39,273 nucleotides of DNA, from the NCBI GenBank assembly GCA_021775625.1, contig JAJFHM010000346.1:1-39273 (forward strand), in the 5' to 3' direction. Position numbers and translations under genes: made by a program. A model generated the notes under the pieces. That model worked only from the letters and a program-made list of their open reading frames with translations, was not told where the DNA came from and did no database searches. Shown here one piece after another: positions 28,016 through 36,341 of the stretch. The DNA comes from Hyphomicrobiales bacterium. Lineage in GTDB: Bacteria; Pseudomonadota; Alphaproteobacteria; Rhizobiales; JAJFHB01. Numbering within the stretch: the first letter of the stretch is position 1; every line of letters begins with the position of its first letter.

Positions 28016-28191
28016 GCGACCGCCTCCGCTTGCACCGGCAATGAGCCAAGGGCTAACCCTGCATCAGCAACCTCCGGGGCATGAAAAGTTGCCTCCCGCA
28101 CATTCCGCTCGGAATGTCGGCGCATCAGCTCCGGGATCTCGGTTTCCATCGTCGTGTTTGAACTGGGTACGATCAATCCGATGCGGTGCAT
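28012..28191 (-). pseudogene. maiA: Maleate cis-trans isomerase (MaiA/NicE) remnant with a large in-frame internal deletion
   Basis: Hand translation, 59 aa (below the ORF-track cutoff): MHRIGLIVPSSNTTMETEIPELMRRHSERNVREATFH-APEVADAGLALGSLPVQAEAVA*. GGGAGG RBS; the stop overlaps the nicD GTG. Confidence 0.85.
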
Positions 28192-28225
28192 TCTGTAATC
28201 CTCCCTGTGCTGTCTCCATCCCGCT

Positions 28226-28879
28226 CTAGCCAGCCAACTGGAACAGGATCATGAGTGAAACCATCAGCGTCGCCGCACTCAAGGCGGCACACACCTTCGC
28301 CCAGAACTCGACAGCGGGCGCCGCCGTGCCGCGGGTTCCGACTGACAGTGTCTCGAGCGCATCTCGGCCGCGGCCGGGACGGGATGCTGCCCCCGTCGTC
28401 GGGCTCGCCACCGGGTGCAACTGTGTCTCACCGCCCAACAGCGCTTGTTCGAGATTTTCGGCGAATTCACCGGTCACCCGGTCCGCCTGCTTCGCGATGA
28501 CCTTTTGCCCGACACTGCCCAGGGCGCCCGCCAACGCGGCCTCGCCTTCAACGATGACATGTGTGATCCGATCGCCTGCCGGCTCAATCATTACTGTACT
28601 TGCCACCCGAAAATTTCCGATCGCGCCGCGCACCGCCTTGCCGGTCGAAGTGAACTGGATCCGCTCTTGATGGACTTTGTCGCTGATGTGCACCCTGGAT
28701 TCGAAGGTTGCGCTGAGCGGACCCAAATTCTGCCTCACACGAACCGATAAGGTATTGGCATCGACGATGGAGACACTTTCGATCCCGGGTATGCACTCGG
28801 CAACCAGGGCCGGTTGGTCGAAGAAAGTCCAAACCTTCGAAACGCTTTCGTTCACATCAAACTGTTGACGAAATTTCAC
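28226..28879 (-). CDS. CoxG/SRPBCC subunit with C-terminal membrane anchor
   Basis: VWTFFDQP..VAECIPG, GALGSVGQKVI..QA..F; hydrophobic C-terminal helix. Confidence 0.85.
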   Translation of the reverse strand: MKFRQQFDVNESVSKVWTFFDQPALVAECIPGIESVSIVDANTLSVRVRQNLGPLSATFESRVHISDKVHQERIQFTSTGKAVRGAIGNFRVASTVMIEPAGDRITHVIVEGEAALAGALGSVGQKVIAKQADRVTGEFAENLEQALLGGETQLHPVASPTTGAASRPGRGRDALETLSVGTRGTAAPAVEFWAKVCAALSAATLMVSLMILFQLAG

Positions 28880-29751
28880 GACGACACCTCGCTGGCGGCG
28901 GCTGCGCGTAGGTCTCTAAGAGTGCGCCTGAGATGCACCGTAACCAGATGCGTCCGGTACTGCTCGCTCGCCCGAATGTCGGTCTGCGGAGAAATCTCTG
29001 TGCCGGCGATTTCCGCAGCTTCGCCGATGTCCCCGTCGGTCAGATCCGAACCCTCCAGCCGCGCGGCTGCCTTGATGGCAAGAACCGGAGTTTCATCCAC
29101 ACCGCCCAACCCGATCCGAATATCTTGCCACTTACCCGAAGCCGATCGATTGCCGCAGACAGCAACCGACATGACCGCAAAATCATTGTGCCGTCGACAC
29201 ACCTCGTAAAAGGCGAAATGATCCGGATGCTTCGGAAAGGTGATTTGGGTGACCATTTCGCATGCGTCGATGGCAGGAAAGTAAGAGCCTTCATAAAAAT
29301 CCGGCATCGAAATTTCGCGCGCACCGTTTGCGCTGACAACCCGCACGCGGGCGCCCAACACCAACGCACCCAGCGGCATTTCGGCGGTTGGATCGCCCTG
29401 AGCGAGGCTTCCGCCAATGGTGCCTCGAGCGCGAACCTGGCGGTCGCCGACCCATCGCACCATCGCCGCAATCAGGGGCAGGCGGTGGGCAATGACCGGT
29501 GACGTCTCGATCGTATTGTAGCGCAACAGGGCGCCGAGGACCGTATCGTCGCCGTCGACATCAACACCATCGAGATTGGGAACGTGGTTGATATCCACCA
29601 GCGCCGGCGGCCGCCACAGGCGCATATTCATCATCGGCATCAGGCTTTGCCCACCAGCGAGGATGCGCGCGTCTCCGGAATAGTCGTCCAGCAACCGCAG
29701 GACCTCCTCCACCGACGCGGCCTTGTGATAGATGAAGTCCGCGCTCTTCAT
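28876..29751 (-). CDS. Molybdenum hydroxylase FAD-binding (medium, CoxM-like) subunit
   Basis: ILAGGQSLMPMMNMR, RQVRARGTIGGSLAQGDP, DIRASEQYR. Start ATG 29751 overlaps the upstream TGA. Confidence 0.92.
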   Translation of the reverse strand: MKSADFIYHKAASVEEVLRLLDDYSGDARILAGGQSLMPMMNMRLWRPPALVDINHVPNLDGVDVDGDDTVLGALLRYNTIETSPVIAHRLPLIAAMVRWVGDRQVRARGTIGGSLAQGDPTAEMPLGALVLGARVRVVSANGAREISMPDFYEGSYFPAIDACEMVTQITFPKHPDHFAFYEVCRRHNDFAVMSVAVCGNRSASGKWQDIRIGLGGVDETPVLAIKAAARLEGSDLTDGDIGEAAEIAGTEISPQTDIRASEQYRTHLVTVHLRRTLRDLRAAAASEVSS

Positions 29752-30845
29752 GACTTCGAAGCGTCGGAGTTGGAAGCGGCGACCTTGACGCCCGACAATC
29801 GCGACAAGACGTGATCGACAGGTGATTTTGTGGCCGCGATCGGCCGGCTGGGTGATTTGCGGCTCCAGACCGTTTCGGGCCGGACCTGCAACACCCAAAG
29901 GTCGTCATCCGTCCCGATCGCCCACTCGATGTCCTGCGGCGCGCCACGGTCGGCCTCGATCCGTTTGCCCAGCTTTGCCAGAAACTGGATGTTCTCGTCG
30001 CTTAGACAGACCATCTCCTGGCGGGACGGCTCAATTGGCGCCAACCCGACCGTACCGGCGTCTGGTTTGAAGCGATACTCTTCGGTTTGCGTCGCGACTT
30101 GCCGCTTCAAAACATCAAAGGTCACCTTGTCGATGACGAACAGGCTTGGCGTGATGTCGCCCTTGACAACCCCCTCACCTAAACCCCAACACGCTTCGAA
30201 AACGATCTTGGAGCGGTCGCCGGTGAGAGGATCGAGCGTGAACATGACCCCCGCTGAGCGGGCCTGAACCATTTGCTGGACGCCGACGCACATCGCAATA
30301 TCACCCTGCGTGATCACGGTGTCTCCATCCCGCTGGTACGACAGGACTGTCTCGCTAAACATACCCGCCCAGCACATCCGCATATGCTTGAGCACGTCAT
30401 CTGCTCCCGAAATCCATAAGTAAGTCTCGTATTGGCCAGCGAAGCTGGCGCCCGCGAGATCCTCGGATTCACCGCTTGACCGGACGGCAACCGGCACGTT
30501 GGCGCATGCTGTGCGAACCTCCAATTCCGCATAGCTCTTTCGCACTGTTGCTTCCAGGTCGAGCGGCAAGTCTGCGGTCATAATCGTTTCGGTCAGATGG
30601 GCCGTTTCGGCCTGAATGTCAGCCAGGGCCAGACCGGGGACCGCCTGCCGCACACGCCTGGCCTCACCGACAAGTCCCGCAGCGTCCAGAAAGTCCCGAT
30701 ATGCCACGGTGGTGATGCCAAATCCCGGCGGCACCGCATAACCGGCCGCCATCGAGGTGGCCAGGCTCGAGAACTTGCCGCCCAATAGCGGATCCCCCGG
30801 CGCCGCGGCGTCGTCAAGCCATACGATGCGCGAAGCCGCGGTCAT
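29748..30845 (-). CDS. Stand-alone ATP-grasp (PPDK/PEP synthase N-terminal) subunit, phenylphosphate synthase beta-like
   Basis: LGGKFSSL, VPPGF, VAVRSS..ED...SFAGQYET, VQQMV, GLGEGVV, QDIEWA, LQVRPET; 365 aa with no other domains. Confidence 0.88.
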   Translation of the reverse strand: MTAASRIVWLDDAAAPGDPLLGGKFSSLATSMAAGYAVPPGFGITTVAYRDFLDAAGLVGEARRVRQAVPGLALADIQAETAHLTETIMTADLPLDLEATVRKSYAELEVRTACANVPVAVRSSGESEDLAGASFAGQYETYLWISGADDVLKHMRMCWAGMFSETVLSYQRDGDTVITQGDIAMCVGVQQMVQARSAGVMFTLDPLTGDRSKIVFEACWGLGEGVVKGDITPSLFVIDKVTFDVLKRQVATQTEEYRFKPDAGTVGLAPIEPSRQEMVCLSDENIQFLAKLGKRIEADRGAPQDIEWAIGTDDDLWVLQVRPETVWSRKSPSRPIAATKSPVDHVLSRLSGVKVAASNSDASKS

Positions 30846-32719
30846 TACCCCGACTTTTCAACTATGCGTACGAGCCCGACATTGCCGTCAACTTCGATAA
30901 TGTCGCCGGTCGAGATAAGTGTCGTGGCATACCCGGTTCCAACAACTGCGGGCAGGCCGTACTCGCGTGAGATAATGGCGGTATGGGCCATGATGCCTCC
31001 GACATCCGAGACGGCGGCAGAAATTTTCGGGAAGACGGGCGCCCAACTCGGCGCGGTGATGCGGCAAACCAGGATGTCGCCATCCTCGACTTCATAGAGC
31101 TGCTCGGTCGCGGTGATGACCTTTGCGCGGCCTTTGACCTTGCCGGCAGATGCCGCAACACCGCGCAACTGGTCGCTAGATGTCGTATCAACGCCAATCC
31201 ATTCATCGACCGTTTCCTGGGTGATGCCCCAAAGCATGATGGTGAGTGGTTCTGTAATCGTTTCGGGCGGCGTCCCAAGTGCCGGCGGCGGCGACCATTT
31301 CGCCAACACATCGCGAATGCCGCGCCGGCGTTCGATAATCGGGCGCCAGTAGATTTCGCCGCGCGATTGAGAGCCCGTCGCCCAGCCGATCAGCAGGTCA
31401 TAAAGCGCGTCGTAGATTTCATGACGATGCAGATAGAAAATATCTTCGCGATCGTCAAAGAAGTTGCGCGTGACGAATATGTCGCCCAATTCCCGAACCT
31501 TTGACCAGAAAATCGAATGGTGCCAGTGCTCCACATAAAAATTGTGGTCTTCGACAAAGGGGAACACCTTGCGGGTCAACGCGACCAGCCCGTCGAAGGC
31601 TTCGCGGTCCTCATCTGTTGGCAAGTGTTCGCGATACTCCGCGGTAACGCGTTCGCGCCGCGCGACGATCTTATCCAGCGGACGGCGCACGTCCTCACCG
31701 CGTTGCAACGCGGAGATGTAACCAGAAATCGCAGACAGCGGCAGCCGCAAATCGTCCATCCAGACCGGATCGGAATGCGTATATCCAGCTCCCGTTGAAT
31801 ACCAGAACCAGGGATCCTTCGCCGCTTCCAGGGCTTCCAGCCATTTTGGACCATTCTCGGCCTTGGCTATCGCGCCGAGAACGCTGTCAGGGGAATTTTG
31901 CCCCAAAATGACGTCGGCGACGTCCAGTTCGACGGCGAGCGCGGCCAGGCCACGCAACTCGTCGTCAGGCCTGAACAGCAAGATGTCGATACCCGACACC
32001 ATGTCCGTTATCGTCTGGTCGGTAATGCCAGGAAATGCGCTTTGGCAGAATTCGCGAAAAGTAAGATAGGCGCCGTAGCCCAGGTTGAGCATCTCGAAAT
32101 GGTAGGACCCCATCTCGAGCATATTCTCAATCATACGGCTGTATGAGGTCAAAAGATCGTAGGATGAATAAAGCCCCCGATGCGAGAAAACGTGCTTTTC
32201 GTGCTCGTATTCTGGCAACGGTTCGAATTCAATTGCCTTGAGCCGCTCGATGCAGTCCTTGGCTTTGTCTTTCCAGTTTTCGTAAATTTCGTCCCAATTT
32301 TCGAAATAGTGGCCGGCCCGAGACGCAAAGATCTCGCCTCGCTCGGCCAGTTTGTCAGGGTCCGTGACCGAATTGGGGCTGATATAGAGATAGCCGTTGA
32401 TGACACGGTGATCGATGCCCATCGCGGGCGGCACCGGCCAAACACGGTTCGACATCTGGCTGGCAGCAACCCACCAGTTCTCGGTCATTATGGTGTCGAA
32501 CGGATAGAGTGGCTCCGGATTGTGCATCCCGTCGAAAAACCAGAACTTCGATTCTTCCAGTTCCCGCCGTTCGGGGCTGATGTGCATGTAATAGGGATAA
32601 AGCTCCTGCCAGCCCGCGGCACCCTTCGGAGAGGCAATGTCGAATGGACTGGAGAAGCCGGATTTAGAGGTCGATGCTTTTGCATCGGGGGCCTTGCCGG
32701 AACTTTGATTATTGCCCAT
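30845..32719 (-). CDS. PEP-utilising phospho-His swivel-domain protein with large substrate-binding domain, phenylphosphate synthase alpha-like
   Basis: C-terminal LRGVAAS.G, GDILV, TAPSW, GGIMAHTAIISREYGLPAVVG, VDG; no pyruvate-binding barrel. Confidence 0.85.
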   Translation of the reverse strand: MGNNQSSGKAPDAKASTSKSGFSSPFDIASPKGAAGWQELYPYYMHISPERRELEESKFWFFDGMHNPEPLYPFDTIMTENWWVAASQMSNRVWPVPPAMGIDHRVINGYLYISPNSVTDPDKLAERGEIFASRAGHYFENWDEIYENWKDKAKDCIERLKAIEFEPLPEYEHEKHVFSHRGLYSSYDLLTSYSRMIENMLEMGSYHFEMLNLGYGAYLTFREFCQSAFPGITDQTITDMVSGIDILLFRPDDELRGLAALAVELDVADVILGQNSPDSVLGAIAKAENGPKWLEALEAAKDPWFWYSTGAGYTHSDPVWMDDLRLPLSAISGYISALQRGEDVRRPLDKIVARRERVTAEYREHLPTDEDREAFDGLVALTRKVFPFVEDHNFYVEHWHHSIFWSKVRELGDIFVTRNFFDDREDIFYLHRHEIYDALYDLLIGWATGSQSRGEIYWRPIIERRRGIRDVLAKWSPPPALGTPPETITEPLTIMLWGITQETVDEWIGVDTTSSDQLRGVAASAGKVKGRAKVITATEQLYEVEDGDILVCRITAPSWAPVFPKISAAVSDVGGIMAHTAIISREYGLPAVVGTGYATTLISTGDIIEVDGNVGLVRIVEKSG

Positions 32720-33116
32720 TTAATCTCCCTCACATGAGAATTTGTTTGTGGCCATTGCAACTTGAAAAGCAGCCAGATGCTTGGTTCAACGTCGTAACGC
32801 CCTCGCAACGTTGTTCGACGTCGAGTTGGCCGGTGTCGTGGATTTTACGCGCCCCATCAGCGCCGACCGCCGGCTTAGCGCAGAACGCCGTTTCGGTCGC
32901 GGCGATCCTCAGAGCCCGATTGGCTTCTGAGATAAATCTTATCGCGGTGAAATCGAAGGGAAGATCAGCAAAGAGGGTAGCGCACCAATCATCGCAGCGG
33001 GTGCGTTGTCCGCACCCTGAGCCCGGAGTGAATTGTCCAAAATCTTCCGATACCATCGTCTTGATCTTGCCGAAGCAACACCTGCAGCGGTGGAGCGTCT
33101 GTTACGTGGCCCATTT

Positions 33117-33135
33117 TGGTATTATGGTATACCAT
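33117..33135. promoter_or_regulatory. Putative GntR/FadR operator
   Basis: Perfect palindrome ATGGTATACCAT (33124-33135) plus half-site TGGTAT (33117-33122), between gntR and the catabolic operon. Confidence 0.55.
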
Positions 33136-33239
33136 TGTAGCTCTGCGAACGCAATGCTCTGCACCGTTGTCGCCACGCCAGTGAGATTGGAACGCGTGGT
33201 CAAACAGTTGACGCTCGCACAAAAATTAACTCATCAGGA

Positions 33240-33926
33240 CTAAGCATCGTCAAGCTCTTTGAGACGCTCCAGCGCCATGCTGCTGGACTTTTCGATGTGC
33301 GACATCATCAACTTTTCTGCCCGTTCGGACTTACCGGAAGCAATGGCATCGAGTACAGCAGTGTGCTCTTTAAGCGCTCTCTTGAGTGTCGCACTTGAAT
33401 ATTTGTATCTCGAACGATAGGTGACGGTTACCGCCAGCACCTGCCGCACCAGAGTCAACAATAGCTGGCTTCCGGCGGCCGCCGCGATGGCTTCGTGAAA
33501 AGCCAGATCCGCCTGCGCCTGTTCGAGTGATGTTCCATCGGTTCCCAGCCGCTGCTGCGCGGCCAGCGCGTCAGCAACTCTGTCGAGCCCCTGGCGGTTT
33601 TGAGCAAGCGCCGCGCTGGCCGCGGCATGGGCTTCAAGCACCCGGCGGACCGAAAATATCTGAGCGATATCGCCGTAGGTGACGCGCCGCACGCGGGCGA
33701 AACGCCCAGGCTCCAGATCGACAAGCCCTTCGCCCTGCAGCGTGAACAATGCCTCGCGCACCGGGGTCCGGCTTACGCCGAGTTCCTTGGCGAGTTCGCG
33801 TTCCCGCAGCGGAGAGCCGGGCGCCAATACACCGCCCAATATTGCCTTGCGCAGTACTTGCGCCACACCTTCGCTGGTGCGCATGGCCATCGGCCCGTCA
33901 ATCAATCCTCCCAGCAAATCCGCCAT
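33240..33926 (-). CDS. GntR (FadR/FCD) family transcriptional regulator
   Basis: LRKAILGG.LAPG..LRERELAKELGVSRTPVREAL; DLAFHEAI, EH..VLDAI, SHI. Start set at ATG 33926 after GGAGG. Confidence 0.93.
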   Translation of the reverse strand: MADLLGGLIDGPMAMRTSEGVAQVLRKAILGGVLAPGSPLRERELAKELGVSRTPVREALFTLQGEGLVDLEPGRFARVRRVTYGDIAQIFSVRRVLEAHAAASAALAQNRQGLDRVADALAAQQRLGTDGTSLEQAQADLAFHEAIAAAAGSQLLLTLVRQVLAVTVTYRSRYKYSSATLKRALKEHTAVLDAIASGKSERAEKLMMSHIEKSSSMALERLKELDDA

Positions 33927-34147
33927 TGGCGGCACCTCCAACGTCGTTCCCAACCAAAGCAGTGTTGTAAACGGTTCCGTCACATTAGCTGGGATGATTG
34001 ATGTTAAGCCAGCCGGTAATGTCGTTGGATGCAGAAAATTTCCTACTGTCGATACCGATTTCCTCCCTCAATCATTCAGCATGCGGTGTGGCTGTATTCT
34101 TGACTTCCACTCAGCTATTCACTCTTTCGCGCCAGTATCCCGAAAAA

Positions 34148-34593
34148 CCCCTGTGTTCTTCGCGATATCTCCCCTGTTATGACGCGCACGTCCGCTGTTC
34201 TGCAGAAAAACAGAAAAGTGGGGTCTTGGAGCACAAGGCATTGATATTGCGATGAAATTCAGAGAGCCAAGGCGGCCATTGGCCGTGGCCTCCCTGTTTT
34301 GAGGCCAATACCGCAAAGAATGCCCTGTTTCCGGGAGGTTAGAGATGTTTCGTCCCTGAAATACAGCTTAGTGGGGGTGACTGGTGGTGCAGGTAGTCTT
34401 GAGCGAACCCGTCTCCGCTACACCATTCGCTGATACACGGAAATATACAGGTGAAAATCGCGAACTCAAACACTCTTGGTTAATAATCGCCAAAAATATC
34501 TCCGCAATAACAGAGGCTTAAGGCACGAATTCCCTCAAGACTCGAACAAGGAATTTATGCCGTCGAACAAGGATCTTACTGACGATAACAGGA
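34148..34593. repeat. Non-coding scar with phased CCCTGTT / AACA(A)GG repeats around a tRNA-3'-end-like core (possible recombinase att remnant)
   Basis: CCCTGT(T) at about 34149, 34172, 34292, 34323; TCGAACAAGGA at 34542 and 34563, and ATAACAGGA at about 34585 (21-bp phase). Minus strand 34382-34415 reads GAGACGGGTTCGCTCAAGACTACCTGCACCACCA. Confidence 0.45.
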
Positions 34594-34869
34594 TAACGCA
34601 TGGTGGATCGAGGAATACTGCAACGACCTTGCAATAGGTTCAAATCCGGGGCAGCCCCCGCCTTTACCGAACATCGTTGATATGGGCGAGACAACCCGCC
34701 CATGCGGTTCAGACGGAGGTCCGCCCTTCATCCTATTAGCATCTTAGGGTCAGGACCCATGAACACGGCGGCAGAGCTGAGTTCCACGGCCATGCCACGG
34801 CGGTGTTCGGAACTCTGAAATCGGCACTGTAGCCATATCTGAAAAATTGGAGCCGGATTGTTCCTCTGA

Positions 34870-36192
34870 TTACCACTCCAGTGCCAGGACCCGCACCGGC
34901 GATGCCTCAGCATCTCTTAGATTCAGCGGCATCATCACGATGACCGGATGGTCACTGCCAAGTGCGCCCATGTTGCAAAGGTTCTTGAGGATGCACACGC
35001 CCCGTTCAAGCAACACGGCCTCAGCGTCCAATTGATCCTTTCGCGCAGATGCGGCGCCGAGCGCCTTTCTGCCCGCATCGAGCTCAAAGTCCGCTCCGAC
35101 GACCGTGTATCCCGCATCGGCGATCCACCTGGCCGCGTCCGCGCTGAGGCTGGGCGAAAACGCAAACCAGCCCGCATCGTCATAACACACCCGCTCGTCA
35201 AATCCGGATCTCAGCAGAAGGATGTTGTCTGAATGCACTTCACCGACCGCCGAAAGCAAGATTTCAGCACTGATGGTGCCCTCATTCGCCATACCTGTCA
35301 GGTCCGCGATGTCCGCCCGGCGCTCCAACTGCTCGCCCATGAAACCATCAATGCCGATGCCCGCACCAACATATTTCGGGGTCAGCAGATGGGTGTGAGA
35401 ATGTCCGGCGAATCGCACGCGCGTTTCCTGGACCGGATCACCCTGTTCAAACGACTTTGCCAGGCCTGTCGAGACCTTGCCCATCCAGTTCTCTGTGACC
35501 GGCAATGACAGATCGGTGATGCGTGGGTCGGGTCCGGGCCATTCGGTCAGTGCGACCGGACTTGCCGGACCGCCGTCGGCGCCGGGCAGGCGCAAGGGCC
35601 AGCCCACCAGAAAAACACGGTCCTGCTCGATGGCACTCAGTTTGACCACGTGCTCCAGATGCATGAGGTTGGCACCCAGCACAATCTGATGTTCGGTGAA
35701 TTCCGGATTGGTGACCAGCCTCCCGTCCATCTCGCGTGCCACGTAGTCCTGCGGAAAATCGATTACCAGCGCCCGGCAACCACGCTCGACAATCCACTGC
35801 GAGCCGTCCGCGTCGACATATGGCGATTTTTGCCAGTAGTCGCCAGTGCTGTGCGGGTGCACTTCGTGCAGATTGGAACGCAAAATCAGAAGGTCACCCG
35901 CCTTGACGTGGTCACCGCGTTGCTCCAGGACGTCGGCATTCACGGCACCCGATGGAACCAGATCCGACACGTCCACCACAGCGGCCTCGCCGCACAGTTG
36001 GTTCAGGTCGCAGTCGTCCAGCGTCCGGCCGCCATGGATCATGTGACACGGCGCGTCGACATGGGTGAACCCGTGTTTTGGCCAGTCAACCCCGGTTTCG
36101 GGCAAGCAGCCGTCTCCAGGGTCCAAATGCAACGTGTCGCCACTCCAACTCCAGTGTGAGCTGATCTGATTGCTCAGGCAAATAACAGCCAC
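34870..36192 (-). CDS. Tandem two-domain cyclase (KynB-like) protein; N-domain metal site intact, C-domain degenerate
   Basis: N-domain HGFTHVDAPCH and HLE; C-domain HSHTHLLTPKY and ILKNL. Start set at GTG 36192 after GGAGG. Confidence 0.82.
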   Translation of the reverse strand: MAVICLSNQISSHWSWSGDTLHLDPGDGCLPETGVDWPKHGFTHVDAPCHMIHGGRTLDDCDLNQLCGEAAVVDVSDLVPSGAVNADVLEQRGDHVKAGDLLILRSNLHEVHPHSTGDYWQKSPYVDADGSQWIVERGCRALVIDFPQDYVAREMDGRLVTNPEFTEHQIVLGANLMHLEHVVKLSAIEQDRVFLVGWPLRLPGADGGPASPVALTEWPGPDPRITDLSLPVTENWMGKVSTGLAKSFEQGDPVQETRVRFAGHSHTHLLTPKYVGAGIGIDGFMGEQLERRADIADLTGMANEGTISAEILLSAVGEVHSDNILLLRSGFDERVCYDDAGWFAFSPSLSADAARWIADAGYTVVGADFELDAGRKALGAASARKDQLDAEAVLLERGVCILKNLCNMGALGSDHPVIVMMPLNLRDAEASPVRVLALEW

Positions 36193-36262
36193 CTCGTTAT
36201 CCTCCGCGTGATTCATTGCCCTTGACAGCATTTGGTTGGTCCCTAATCATACGCCCGTCAGA

Positions 36263-36274
36263 ATTGTTAACAAT
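36263..36274. promoter_or_regulatory. Palindromic operator candidate in a divergent promoter
   Basis: ATTGTTAACAAT, a perfect 12-bp palindrome in the AT-rich spacer between the cyclase and SBP genes. Confidence 0.45.
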
Positions 36275-36341
36275 ATACAAAATGCTTAACGTGGCCCAAA
36301 AAGCTGACCCCATGCGAACGGGCCAAGGGAGGACATTGGAA

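Noticed and set aside
29748-32719. Gluconeogenic PEP synthase/PPDK, a frameshifted ppsA, or rifampin phosphotransferase
   Set aside because: No pyruvate-binding barrel; the His-domain gene precedes the ATP-grasp gene; both are cleanly coupled separate ORFs in a pyridine-catabolic operon.
32730-33056. 108-aa ORF upstream of the dikinase (and 32674-33243 on plus)
   Set aside because: No recognisable motifs or convincing RBS; left uncalled.
34380-34420. Functional tRNA gene
   Set aside because: Only a T-loop/CCA-like fragment is visible; I could not fold a D-arm, anticodon arm or acceptor stem.
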